Shown here in pieces: positions 1-8,672 of a stretch of DNA of 64,000 nucleotides. The stretch is taken from the IMG/VR virus record IMGVR_UViG_3300041964_000148; one strand, 5' to 3'. This DNA is from a virus. Taxonomy: Duplodnaviria > Caudoviricetes. Positions within the stretch are counted from its first letter, which is position 1. Every line of letters begins with the position of its first letter. The notes under the pieces were generated by a model. That model was given only the letters and a program-made list of their open reading frames with translations, searched no databases and was not told the origin of the DNA. The position numbers and the translations under genes were made by a program.

Positions 1-95
1 TTGCTCCAAGCAATGGAAAACTAAATATTGAATCCGTAGGAAGCAAAACTAGTGTAGGCTATACCTCAGATTGGCTAGAAGACGTTCATATACAA

Positions 96-1556
96 ATGTC
101 ATGCCTGTTCATGAACTTCTCTGATCAATTCATGAGAAAGAAGCGCAAGCTACACGTATATACCTACCTTGACAAACTTGTTTGGAAAGCCGAAGAAACC
201 TTAGAAGCATTAGAAGATCTCTTCTTCGATGAAGAGGAATTTGAAGCCTATCACGAAGTTGCGATCTCTGGAGGCTACTGGTTTCACCTACAAGGAGCCG
301 CGCTTGTTGCACGGCAGAACGAAGTCCGTAAAAAAGCTAAATATCCCGTCCTTTGTGGGATTAACATCTCTGCCGTAAACAACAACCTGGAGATATCGGC
401 AATGTGTCCGACCTCCACAACTTTCCGATTGCTCTGGGAGGATGTTCCCTATTGGGAACACTTCAGTTTCACAATCCCATCGGAATTGGTTGATCAAATC
501 AGCCAAGCCGTTGACACATCCATGATCGACTCAGTAGTGTTTTTCGTCAACCCCGAACTTATCAAAGTAAAGGTGTTGTACACAAAGCGCATTGTCGATA
601 ATGGACAAGCTGCCCTGATGGGTGCAGCCTACTTCTTCGTAAAACCTGTCAAGGGGCGATACTTTTACCCTAAGGTACCCGTTAATCAAATGACCGAGAA
701 ATCGGTTGCAGTGAGCAAGCTACTTCTAGAGGAGGCGATCTCATCCGCTGGGAAAGGATCGCGAGATCCTCAATGCAATGAAGTGATAATTCAAGTCCAA
801 GACGAAAAGTTGCTCGTCCACGGACGCAAAAATAGTTTCCAGGTCGATGCAGCCGACTGCATTGGAGTCGCAGACGCGGAAATCCGCATCTGCGGAGTAA
901 AGTTCCTGGATCTGCTCAAATACACCCAAAAGCAGGATGCTGTCCTCCTCCTGGACTTCCCAGCGAAGCTTACCCAAGCCTTAATGGTAAGGACTTTCTC
1001 CGACACTCAATACCTAGTGTTCGGACTGGTGAAGGGCGATCGCGTTATTTCATCAGAAATGGACATAAAGGAGCAACTACTAACTATCCCTGGAATATGT
1101 CCAGGGGAGCCAGACGTAGTGCTGCAACTATTCGAGGAACTTATCCTCGAACCGCCCTTGCCTGAAGCTGATCGGCTCTATTCAAAGGAAAATCTGCTCC
1201 AAATCCATTCGCGATTTGGAAAAGACAGGGAATTTACGATGGCTATCGATGAGATGTACGAGAGTCTCATTGATGCCAGAAATATCTTAGAAGAATGCCC
1301 TCCCTGTCCGGAGATGGACGCTTTAATTCAATCACTCAGGTCGTTGCTCGACGACCACGAGGGCAACCTCGCCGATTACGAGGCGGGTCATACCGAAGAC
1401 CTATACTGTCACGGGGGACTCAATAAAGAAGCCCTAGAAGTCGAGGTTGAGCTAAAGAGAGACATTGCAAACCTTGCCAAACTACTGGCAGGACGAGTAC
1501 AAGAAGTTGTGTTCTTAGTTGAAAAAACATACAGCGTCCGCATGACGTTTGTTTAA
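96..1556 (+). CDS. Hypothetical protein, divergent beta-sliding-clamp-like region plus acidic coiled-coil C-terminus
   Basis: 486-aa ORF. Clamp-like segments (GINISAVNNNLEISA; LLLEEAIS..VIIQVQDEKLLVHG; IRICGVKFLDLLK). C-terminus resembles that of 2365-4593. Start codon uncertain. Confidence 0.4.
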   Translation: MSCLFMNFSDQFMRKKRKLHVYTYLDKLVWKAEETLEALEDLFFDEEEFEAYHEVAISGGYWFHLQGAALVARQNEVRKKAKYPVLCGINISAVNNNLEISAMCPTSTTFRLLWEDVPYWEHFSFTIPSELVDQISQAVDTSMIDSVVFFVNPELIKVKVLYTKRIVDNGQAALMGAAYFFVKPVKGRYFYPKVPVNQMTEKSVAVSKLLLEEAISSAGKGSRDPQCNEVIIQVQDEKLLVHGRKNSFQVDAADCIGVADAEIRICGVKFLDLLKYTQKQDAVLLLDFPAKLTQALMVRTFSDTQYLVFGLVKGDRVISSEMDIKEQLLTIPGICPGEPDVVLQLFEELILEPPLPEADRLYSKENLLQIHSRFGKDREFTMAIDEMYESLIDARNILEECPPCPEMDALIQSLRSLLDDHEGNLADYEAGHTEDLYCHGGLNKEALEVEVELKRDIANLAKLLAGRVQEVVFLVEKTYSVRMTFV

Positions 1557-1594
1557 AAAAAGCCCCATCACATAAGCTTGTGATGGGGCTTTTT
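1555..1594 (+). terminator. Intrinsic (bidirectional) terminator
   Basis: AGCCCCATCACA/TGTGATGGGGCT stem flanked by A and T runs, right after the stop codon. Confidence 0.8.
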
Positions 1595-1651
1595 AATTTA
1601 AAGTAACGTATATTGTTACAATATAAGAATATCAGTCACTAAGCAAAAATA

Positions 1652-1867
1652 ATGAGCAACAGTTCTCACAAGGTAGAAGTAATAGTAGGACTCAATACCC
1701 TCCTAAGTGTTAACGTTGAAGTCCCAGGTGTTCAAGGAGAACCAGACTGGGATGAAGCAAAGAAGCTTGCTTTGCAGAAGGTAAGGAAGCTATTCCTTGA
1801 TTGGCTACAGAACCCAGAAAATGAAGTATCTTTCGACATTTCTGATTGCAATGAGATAAAAGACTAA
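1652..1867 (+). CDS. Small hypothetical protein
   Basis: 71 aa, preceded by TGTTACAAT and AAGCAAAA, followed by a hairpin at 1871-1902 resembling 1555-1594. Confidence 0.7.
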   Translation: MSNSSHKVEVIVGLNTLLSVNVEVPGVQGEPDWDEAKKLALQKVRKLFLDWLQNPENEVSFDISDCNEIKD

Positions 1868-1938
1868 TCTAGCCCCATCACAGACCCCTGTGGTGGGGTT
1901 TTCGCTTGCACTTGTGATAAATTTGTTACAATGAAGGT

Positions 1939-2341
1939 AGGACCATGCTTTTACAAAGCAATTAAGGCAAAGCAAATAGCCTTCGAGAGAGTGATTTCCC
2001 CGCCTCTTGTTCACAGTCTCGGAACAGATCAAGAACCACTAAATCGTGTCGAAACTGTGGACAGGACGAGGGGAAACCCTTGTCAGATGCCAGTGGTAAG
2101 CCTACAACTAACTCCACTGGCACTGGCTCACAAACACAGTCAGGAGCTATTTAATGCTATCAGCATCAGCCGCTTTCATTGCTAGCGCATTTTTTTTGTT
2201 GGGAATGCCCTTATGCGGCTTCTCTGTTTCCGATCTCACGGAGTGCGAACTCCATCCTGATCGGAAAGGGTGCAACCGAGTCATATAGTGCGTTAAGCAA
2301 ATAGAAATGAACAAACCCGCAGATCAAATCCTGCGGGTTTC
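1939..2341 (+). ncRNA. Candidate large structured non-coding RNA (about 400 nt)
   Basis: Extended -10 TGTTACAAT at 1924-1932. Helices 2006-2021/2050-2065, 2065-2084 (GAAA loop), 2088-2096/2114-2122, and 2227-2235/2259-2267 enclosing 2240-2253 (GCGA loop). Terminator at 2313-2341. Confidence 0.6.
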
Positions 2342-2364
2342 CTATTGTCCTTAAAGAGAAAAAA

Positions 2365-4593
2365 ATGAAGTCTCAAATTCAGTCTTCTTGGTTAGAATAT
2401 CACACTTGGGAAACCTCCCGGTGGAGATCGGCGATAAAAAGACATAAGATGTCAGCGCCGATGCGAGTCGCATTGAAGCATCGCATCATTACGACTGACA
2501 CAAGCGTGTTGGATTTCGGATGTGGGTATAACACCGATGCGATCGCCCTTAAAGAGATGGGGATTAAAGCAGAGGGCTTCGACCCTTACTATCGGAATGA
2601 CCCATCTTTATTGCAACCCGCCGACGTGGTGAGTTGCATCTACGTTCTCAACACAATTGAACGAGCCTGGGAAATCCCAGAAGTAGTTCAGTTCTGTTGG
2701 GAATTAGCCCGCGAGTCAGTTTTCCTGGCAGTTCGCCCAGGTCACGACAAGGACGAATACACAAAGCTGGACACGCACCAGCATTACTGGAAGCCCAGCA
2801 GTTGGCAAAAGTTCATTCAAGAAGACCTCGGCTACGATGCCGAATTTCCTGAATTATGTATCGCGCTGATACAAAAACCCTTAACAATTTGTTACAATGG
2901 AAATGTACACGACAATATTTCAACCACAAGCAATATGAACATGAACGTTAAAGACTTGAGAAAGTTCTTGTCAGTTGTGCCTGACAAAGAGCAAGACGGT
3001 ACAACCCCCATCACATTGGAGTACGAGCATGGGATGCTCCATCTGACGTATCGAAAGAATGGGATGCTCATCAAATTGCCCTATGCCCTGAATGGGGCAG
3101 ATGATAAATGGTCAACAATTGTTGACCATGCCGCCTTATTTAAGGCGATCTCATCGATCAAAAGCACAGAGGGTATAAGCCTCTCGATCGACAAGGGTGA
3201 CTTAATTGTCACCGTTGGCAAAGATAACAGGAAAGTCTCGGTCAGTCCGTGGGGAAAACAACTCCACGATTTTGATCCAGAGGAGATGGAACTTGATAGC
3301 CAATCTATCGTTTGTTTAGAAAAGCATTGGGCTGACCTTGTAGCTGCGGCAAAGGTAGCAAGATCAAATAAAAAGGGAGTAAATCCCGAAATTGTGGGAA
3401 AGGCAGTACAAATTGAAGCTTCTGGCGAGTTCCTTTCCGTCTCAGCTTGGTCTGAGTCGGTCACGACTCACAGGACGTTTCCTCTTCAAGGGAAACTCAC
3501 TGAGAACAGAAGCTTTGTTCTCCCGCTAGAGGCTATCGAAGCCATAAGCGCAATGAAGTCATCACAAATTACGATGACTCTCAACTATACCTTCGATCAA
3601 TTAATGATTGAAACCGATATTGGATATGTCCTTGTAGACATACCACAAACTAAGTATCCCTTAACGGACGGGATAGGAAAAGGTGGCTTCCACGAAGCCA
3701 CCGTAGAGGTGAAGAAGAAAGACCTCTTGGCGGCGATCAAAGCTGCCGTTGAGGCAGGAGCCAAGAATGTCACCCTGGTATTCGACAACGAGATAATTGT
3801 TGTGGAAGCCGCAAAAACGAAGAAGCAGGAAATCCCTGCCGAAATTGCCGAAGGCAAGAAGAAATTCACTGCCAGCGTCAAAATCGCAGCGGGCGCCCTC
3901 TTAGACGCGCTAAAAGTTATCGGCGCGGCAAAAGTGTTCCTGCATTTCCCATCCGCTGGAAACGCAACCAGCTTTTTAATGAACACCGTAACGGGTGCTA
4001 TGTATGTATTTGCCGCCACTGTCAAGGTGGCAGCTTGCGTAATAGAAACAGCAGCAGATGTGCTGCAAAATCCTGAACCGAAGCGAGAAGTTATCGTGGC
4101 AGGGAAAAATAGTGACGGCTCCGGTTTTGTGCTAGAAGCCGTCGAAGCTTCCCCCCTCCAGAAGGATCTCACTCCTGAAGAGGTGGAAGAAAACCGCGCC
4201 AAACTTGAGCAAAAGTATGGCAGCAAAAGTATGGCTGATGTCGCAGAAGCCGCACTGGAAGTCGCTGATCTCCGCGAAAAGGTTCGCGGAATCACCGAAG
4301 ATATCAATACGGAAATTGAGAAACTGCGATCGCTTCCTCAGGATGTCGCAACAGTTCAGCGTATCGCCGAGTTGCTAGTTCTCTACAAGAGGCTATCAAG
4401 TATAGTCTCGGACGCAGAGAACGCTGAGGCGGCTCTCGACCTAGATACATATGTCTCAGAGTTCTCCTTGGAGGGATTAAAGGAAATCTCTTTCAAGTTG
4501 ACTTGGTGGGGTGGTCGCACCGTAACCTTCCTCTTTGCGGAGGAAGCCCAATGGTTGCCTCGAATGAGGTTCACTGAGCCAGTCGCCCACTAA
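2365..4593 (+). CDS. Class I SAM methyltransferase domain (resembles phosphorothioation-associated putative MTases) in frame with a beta-clamp-like protein; possibly two genes
   Basis: VLDFGCG, GFDPYY and ADVVSCIYVLNTIE motifs in aa 1-170. Clamp-like repeats and a coiled coil follow. Internal promoter and ATG at 2935. Confidence 0.6.
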   Translation: MKSQIQSSWLEYHTWETSRWRSAIKRHKMSAPMRVALKHRIITTDTSVLDFGCGYNTDAIALKEMGIKAEGFDPYYRNDPSLLQPADVVSCIYVLNTIERAWEIPEVVQFCWELARESVFLAVRPGHDKDEYTKLDTHQHYWKPSSWQKFIQEDLGYDAEFPELCIALIQKPLTICYNGNVHDNISTTSNMNMNVKDLRKFLSVVPDKEQDGTTPITLEYEHGMLHLTYRKNGMLIKLPYALNGADDKWSTIVDHAALFKAISSIKSTEGISLSIDKGDLIVTVGKDNRKVSVSPWGKQLHDFDPEEMELDSQSIVCLEKHWADLVAAAKVARSNKKGVNPEIVGKAVQIEASGEFLSVSAWSESVTTHRTFPLQGKLTENRSFVLPLEAIEAISAMKSSQITMTLNYTFDQLMIETDIGYVLVDIPQTKYPLTDGIGKGGFHEATVEVKKKDLLAAIKAAVEAGAKNVTLVFDNEIIVVEAAKTKKQEIPAEIAEGKKKFTASVKIAAGALLDALKVIGAAKVFLHFPSAGNATSFLMNTVTGAMYVFAATVKVAACVIETAADVLQNPEPKREVIVAGKNSDGSGFVLEAVEASPLQKDLTPEEVEENRAKLEQKYGSKSMADVAEAALEVADLREKVRGITEDINTEIEKLRSLPQDVATVQRIAELLVLYKRLSSIVSDAENAEAALDLDTYVSEFSLEGLKEISFKLTWWGGRTVTFLFAEEAQWLPRMRFTEPVAH

Positions 4594-4601
4594 AAAAACT
4601 C

Positions 4602-4619
4602 ATCACGGTTCTCCGTGAT
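4602..4619. repeat. Dispersed site ATCACGG-TTCT-CCGTGAT, copy 1 of 9
   Basis: Other copies at 10272, 24395, 30682, 38410, 45832, 48373, 57276, 61123. Confidence 0.95.
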
Positions 4620-4623
4620 GAGT

Positions 4624-4662
4624 AAAAACCCCCTTAGATCTAGAAAGATCTAAGGGGGTTTT
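4624..4662. terminator. Bidirectional terminator between convergent genes
   Basis: AAAACCCCCTTAGATCT/AGATCTAAGGGGGTTTT inverted repeat. Confidence 0.8.
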
Positions 4663-4682
4663 GCTTTGGGAACGCAAATCAC

Positions 4683-5321
4683 CTAAAACTTATCCGTCTC
4701 ACAGCCCCAAACATCCCATCCAGGACGTTCTTGCCTTGCGAATAAGTCAATTTTGGAGCCACCTAACGCTTCAGATACGCGATCGCACAATTGATAGAAT
4801 TCTTCAGGTTTCTGGCTATGCTCCCTGCGAGGAGACAGAATGGCGTTGGGTACATTGCGGATTCCTAATGACATAAATGTCTTAGGCTTCCCTTTTGTTG
4901 CTACGAGGAAATGCTCAGTACAATTCCTCCCGTAGTGACCGATGCCGATCCGAATCTTCGGGTCTTCTTCTGTTGATGCCTTGGTTGTCTTCAGCCAGGT
5001 ATAGATTTGCTTGTAGGCAAATCCCCAGGATTCTATACACCGAAATCCTAATGGCAAGTGCTGGTTAGTAACCCAGAGGAATAAATACGCATTGTCAGCA
5101 GCGATCGCACCTACTGGCATTTTCACAATATCCTCATCACTTAAGTTTGGATAAGGTGTCCGCCCTCTGTGAGACTCATCAGTCTCTCGAAGATTAAATT
5201 GCCAGGGAGGATCAATCGAAATGATTGAGTATTCTCCAGATGGCAACGAAGGGAAAGGAGTCAGCAAATTTACAGCTATATTAAGCTTGAGCTGACCCCT
5301 GGCATCGGTTGGTAGGTACAT
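4683..5321 (-). CDS. MT-A70 family N6-adenine methyltransferase
   Basis: IDPPW, LFLWVTN, WGF, RNCTEHFLVA, REHSQKP and KIDLFAR..GWDVWG motifs. Confidence 0.93.
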   Translation of the reverse strand: MYLPTDARGQLKLNIAVNLLTPFPSLPSGEYSIISIDPPWQFNLRETDESHRGRTPYPNLSDEDIVKMPVGAIAADNAYLFLWVTNQHLPLGFRCIESWGFAYKQIYTWLKTTKASTEEDPKIRIGIGHYGRNCTEHFLVATKGKPKTFMSLGIRNVPNAILSPRREHSQKPEEFYQLCDRVSEALGGSKIDLFARQERPGWDVWGCETDKF

Positions 5322-5406
5322 ATTTTATTTGCGAATTTATAGCAATTGTAACATAATACGCTACTCTGTTTTTACTCTGTTTTTATATAAGTCATTGTTG
5401 ACGTAG

Positions 5407-5721
5407 ATGAAGGAAAATAGGCGAGACTGGCGGACGTGGAAAGGCGATCGCACAATCAAGGAATTCTGGAGAGGCGTTCTACGCTCGGTTTCTGATCAAC
5501 AAGAGGATATCCTGGTGGCGATCGCGGACAAGCTTCTTCAACCAAAAGAAATTGCCAACAAAGTGAATACTTCCCAGCAAACGGTAAGTAGCCAGCTTGG
5601 CAAGCTCTATGAGCTGGAACTGGTGGATAATATCCAATTTGGGCGTAATACCTACTATCACGTCAAGGAAGATGCATTGATTGAGATACTCATTGAGAAG
5701 TGTGCCGAGCGTGAGCAGTGA
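5407..5721 (+). CDS. ArsR-type winged-helix transcriptional regulator
   Basis: PKEIANKVNTSQQTVSSQLGKLYELELV..GRNTYY. Confidence 0.85.
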   Translation: MKENRRDWRTWKGDRTIKEFWRGVLRSVSDQQEDILVAIADKLLQPKEIANKVNTSQQTVSSQLGKLYELELVDNIQFGRNTYYHVKEDALIEILIEKCAEREQ

Positions 5722-5742
5722 ACACGAACCTCTGTGTTACGC

Positions 5743-5781
5743 AAAAAGGCAGACTCATCAACATGATGAATCTGCCTTTTG
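5743..5781. terminator. Bidirectional terminator
   Basis: AAAAGGCAGACTCATCA/TGATGAATCTGCCTTTT stem between convergent genes. Confidence 0.75.
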
Positions 5782-5851
5782 CTACCTATAGCGGAATTGC
5801 ACCGCCCTCTTCTTCAGTTTGAAGACTCGCACTTGCGTTCGGGTGTTTTTT

Positions 5852-6868
5852 CTATGCAATTGATGCATAGAACGATTTAATCTTGGCTACGACCAGCTCT
5901 TTATCGGTCGCATTTTTGTACTCGGCAATGCTTTTCGCTTCAACTTTGTTGATGCGATCGCAATGACCAATCGCTTCCTTTATCGTCCATTTTTGCATGG
6001 CTCGATTCGAGGGTTTGCGCGGGAATTTCTTCTTATCTTTGGCTTTGACCAAGGGTGATTCCAGCGTAGCGGATGCAGGTGTTGCATCCAAGATTACTGG
6101 AAACGGAGATACAGTCTCGCGGACTGCATACCCTTGGGCAACCTCAATCGCTAAATCGGGGTTAATTTCACACTGAGGATAAGTCAGCATGGTTTCCTGT
6201 CCCTGCTCGGTGACAGGGACAGGGAGGTTGCGGAGGATGTATTCCTCCAGTGTTTGGCGGGACTTAGCAGCAAATTGCCGCTCTAAGCCCTGCCGGAACG
6301 TTTTGAGGTCGAGTTGCTCGACTTCGCTTTCTTTCTGCACTACAGCAGGAATGTAGCTAGGAGTCCAGTCATCTATTGCTGGCTCCAGCTCCATTTCAAT
6401 CCCTGTCATCGCCATGAGCGTGAAAGCGCCCATTGCAATAACAGAAGATGAGATTGCAGTGGCAGGTTCTAGAACTTCTACTTCGGGGAAGTAGTTGATG
6501 GACTCTTGAGGCTTACTAAATGCCTCTTTAACACTTTCATAAAAGACCCAGACATAGGTCATGGGTACTGCGATTGTGTGAGTGATCACACCTAGGATTG
6601 CAAGCAACGTGCCTGCGACCCATAACAACGGAATCGCTGCTACAGTCACCACTAGGGTGGTAGACGCGCATAGCATCCCGGTCACACCTTCAACCAGATC
6701 CTCTGTGCCTCGGTAGACACGATTGGAGGACAGGTTGAAATTGTCGATGCAGTGGTTGATCCTTACTTTAATCTGGTTTGCAACTTCTTCCCCTTTAACG
6801 AGAAAGAAATCGCAAGCTGCTCCTACGGACTTCCGTAGGGATTTAATCGCACAAGTGATTGCGTTCAT
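5852..6868 (-). CDS. Hypothetical membrane protein
   Basis: 338 aa, hydrophobic stretch at about aa 65-110, AAGGA ribosome-binding site upstream. Confidence 0.7.
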   Translation of the reverse strand: MNAITCAIKSLRKSVGAACDFFLVKGEEVANQIKVRINHCIDNFNLSSNRVYRGTEDLVEGVTGMLCASTTLVVTVAAIPLLWVAGTLLAILGVITHTIAVPMTYVWVFYESVKEAFSKPQESINYFPEVEVLEPATAISSSVIAMGAFTLMAMTGIEMELEPAIDDWTPSYIPAVVQKESEVEQLDLKTFRQGLERQFAAKSRQTLEEYILRNLPVPVTEQGQETMLTYPQCEINPDLAIEVAQGYAVRETVSPFPVILDATPASATLESPLVKAKDKKKFPRKPSNRAMQKWTIKEAIGHCDRINKVEAKSIAEYKNATDKELVVAKIKSFYASIA

Positions 6869-7025
6869 GGTTATTCCTTAGTTAAGTATTTGAGGCGCTT
6901 TGAAGAGAACTGCCTCGTTATCCTTCAATTATAACAATAAATACGTCAATCTGTCTATGCCTATTGCTATTTAATACAAAGTACGTCATAATAGTATATA
7001 GAGAGTAATAAAGCTTAAGCAAATC

Positions 7026-7316
7026 ATGCCCAAAATAATTGAAAGCGCCATTGATGCCGTGCATCACTGGAAAGTTCTTTATGTTATCGCTTGCGGCTTA
7101 ACCGCATTAGCGATATGCGAAACCATTAGTAGCTTGCATTACAGCAAGCCAGGGCGGCTAATCTGCAACACAGAACCCATCTGGGAGCTAGCCCTAAGTA
7201 ACGTGTCTTGGTGCGTATTCTCACTGCTTTTCCAAGTTTTTATGCCGCAATCGTTGGCATGGATTCTAGGAGAACTCGCATCGGAAGCTTTCCTTCTTTG
7301 GTTGCGATCATTCTAA
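7026..7316 (+). CDS. Small membrane protein
   Basis: 96 aa with 2-3 hydrophobic helices, AAGCAAATC-ATG start, terminator at 7318-7354. Confidence 0.65.
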   Translation: MPKIIESAIDAVHHWKVLYVIACGLTALAICETISSLHYSKPGRLICNTEPIWELALSNVSWCVFSLLFQVFMPQSLAWILGELASEAFLLWLRSF

Positions 7317-7397
7317 AGCAAAGCCCTCATTGATGTATTTCAATGAGGGCTTTGTGCTTTTGTTACAATGGAAGAGGAAGTTTAGCAAAATAAATAA

Positions 7398-8399
7398 TTG
7401 AAATTAATTAATCACAAGGATTATGACCAAGTGGTCATTTCGTTTTGTGGGAAGGATTCTCTCAGTTCCCTGCTAACGTGCTTGGAACTAGGCTTCCCAC
7501 CTGAGAAGATTGAACTCTGGCATCATTTGGTGGACGGAAACGGACCATCATTCATTGACTGGCCTTGTTCTGGTGGCTATGCGAAATCTGTCGGCAAAGC
7601 GTTTGGCATCCCAACTTATCTCAGTTATAGGGACGGGGGTTTTAAAGCTGAACTCCTAAGGGAAAACCGCAAGAGTGCCGCCACCTACTTTGAGACCCCA
7701 GAAGGTATGATCAAAGTAGGTGGAGATCGCGGTAAAGTCCTTACTCGACGACAATTCCCTCAGGTTGCACAGATAAAGTCGGGCCGTTGGTGCAGCGCTT
7801 TAGAGAAGATTGACGTTGGACGCACAGCACTTAATAATCAAGAGAGGTTCAAGGGTTCTCGTACGCTATTTGTAAGCGGCGAGAGGGCTGCTGAGTCCAA
7901 ACAACGAGCATCGTATCATGAGTTTGAAATTCATGAGTGCGATGCTCGGACAAAATGTGGTCGTTATATCGATCACTGGAGACCAGTCCACAAGTTGTCT
8001 ACAGAAGACGTGTGGCGCATTATTGGTCGCCACAAAGTCAACCCGCATCCGTGCTACAGAGCGGGTTTTGGAAGATGTTCCTGTGCGATCTGTATATTTT
8101 CTGACTGTGATCAACTTGCATCGGCAAGGCTAATAATGCCGGAGCAGTTTGCTGAGATGGTTTCTCTTGAGCGAGAGTTCAATAAAAGCATCCAGTATAA
8201 AGAGAGAACGCGAAAAGGTCATGAGCCAGAGATTATCAATATCTGGCTAGAAGAACGCGCAAATAGGGGAGTCCCTTACTCAGGGATCAACCTGCTCACA
8301 ATAATGGAACTTCGGGACGAGAATTGGGATTATCCCATCTTTCTCAACCACTGGCAGATGCCGCTAGGGGCATCTGCCAGTCAGAACGGACCTAGTTGA
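7398..8399 (+). CDS. PAPS reductase family (PP-loop) protein
   Basis: SFCGKDS PP-loop, RWCSALEKI, GERAAES..RA, WRPV, HPCYRAGFGRCSCAICIF; TTG start. Confidence 0.88.
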   Translation: MKLINHKDYDQVVISFCGKDSLSSLLTCLELGFPPEKIELWHHLVDGNGPSFIDWPCSGGYAKSVGKAFGIPTYLSYRDGGFKAELLRENRKSAATYFETPEGMIKVGGDRGKVLTRRQFPQVAQIKSGRWCSALEKIDVGRTALNNQERFKGSRTLFVSGERAAESKQRASYHEFEIHECDARTKCGRYIDHWRPVHKLSTEDVWRIIGRHKVNPHPCYRAGFGRCSCAICIFSDCDQLASARLIMPEQFAEMVSLEREFNKSIQYKERTRKGHEPEIINIWLEERANRGVPYSGINLLTIMELRDENWDYPIFLNHWQMPLGASASQNGPS

Positions 8400-8401
8400 C
8401 A

Positions 8402-8441
8402 AAAAAGGGGAAAGGTAAATGCATTTACCTTTCCCCTTTTT
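8402..8441. repeat. Perfect 40-bp palindrome, probably also a terminator
   Basis: AAAAAGGGGAAAGGTAAATG|CATTTACCTTTCCCCTTTTT with no spacer. Confidence 0.9.
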
Positions 8442-8672
8442 CTATTTGTAGATGTAACGAGAATAAATATGGAAACCGCAGGAGTCGCGCAGTTAGTCTA
8501 AATTTAGATAGTCGGGTCGTTACTTAGGTTGAAGACGCGCCCGATCATATCAACATAATCGCAGGAATCTTCTGCCTCAATCGGGGCGATTTCCGCTCTT
8601 CCTCAGCCGAGGATGATCCATGATAGGAGAAGAGGGAGAGCAGGATACGGGGGTACGGAAGTGTCCAAGCAC

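Noticed and set aside
1931-2185. 84-aa ORF as a protein gene
   Set aside because: Its ATG lies within the -10 element, it has no motifs, and the dense RNA structure extends beyond it
2255-2295. RNase P RNA (AAGGGTGCAA) or group I intron (ATATAGT)
   Set aside because: No GAGGAAAGTCC/P4 elements, no recognisable P7 partner and no interrupted gene
7398-8399. Complete Dnd/Ssp phosphorothioation system
   Set aside because: No dndA/B/D/E or sspB/C-like genes in the window
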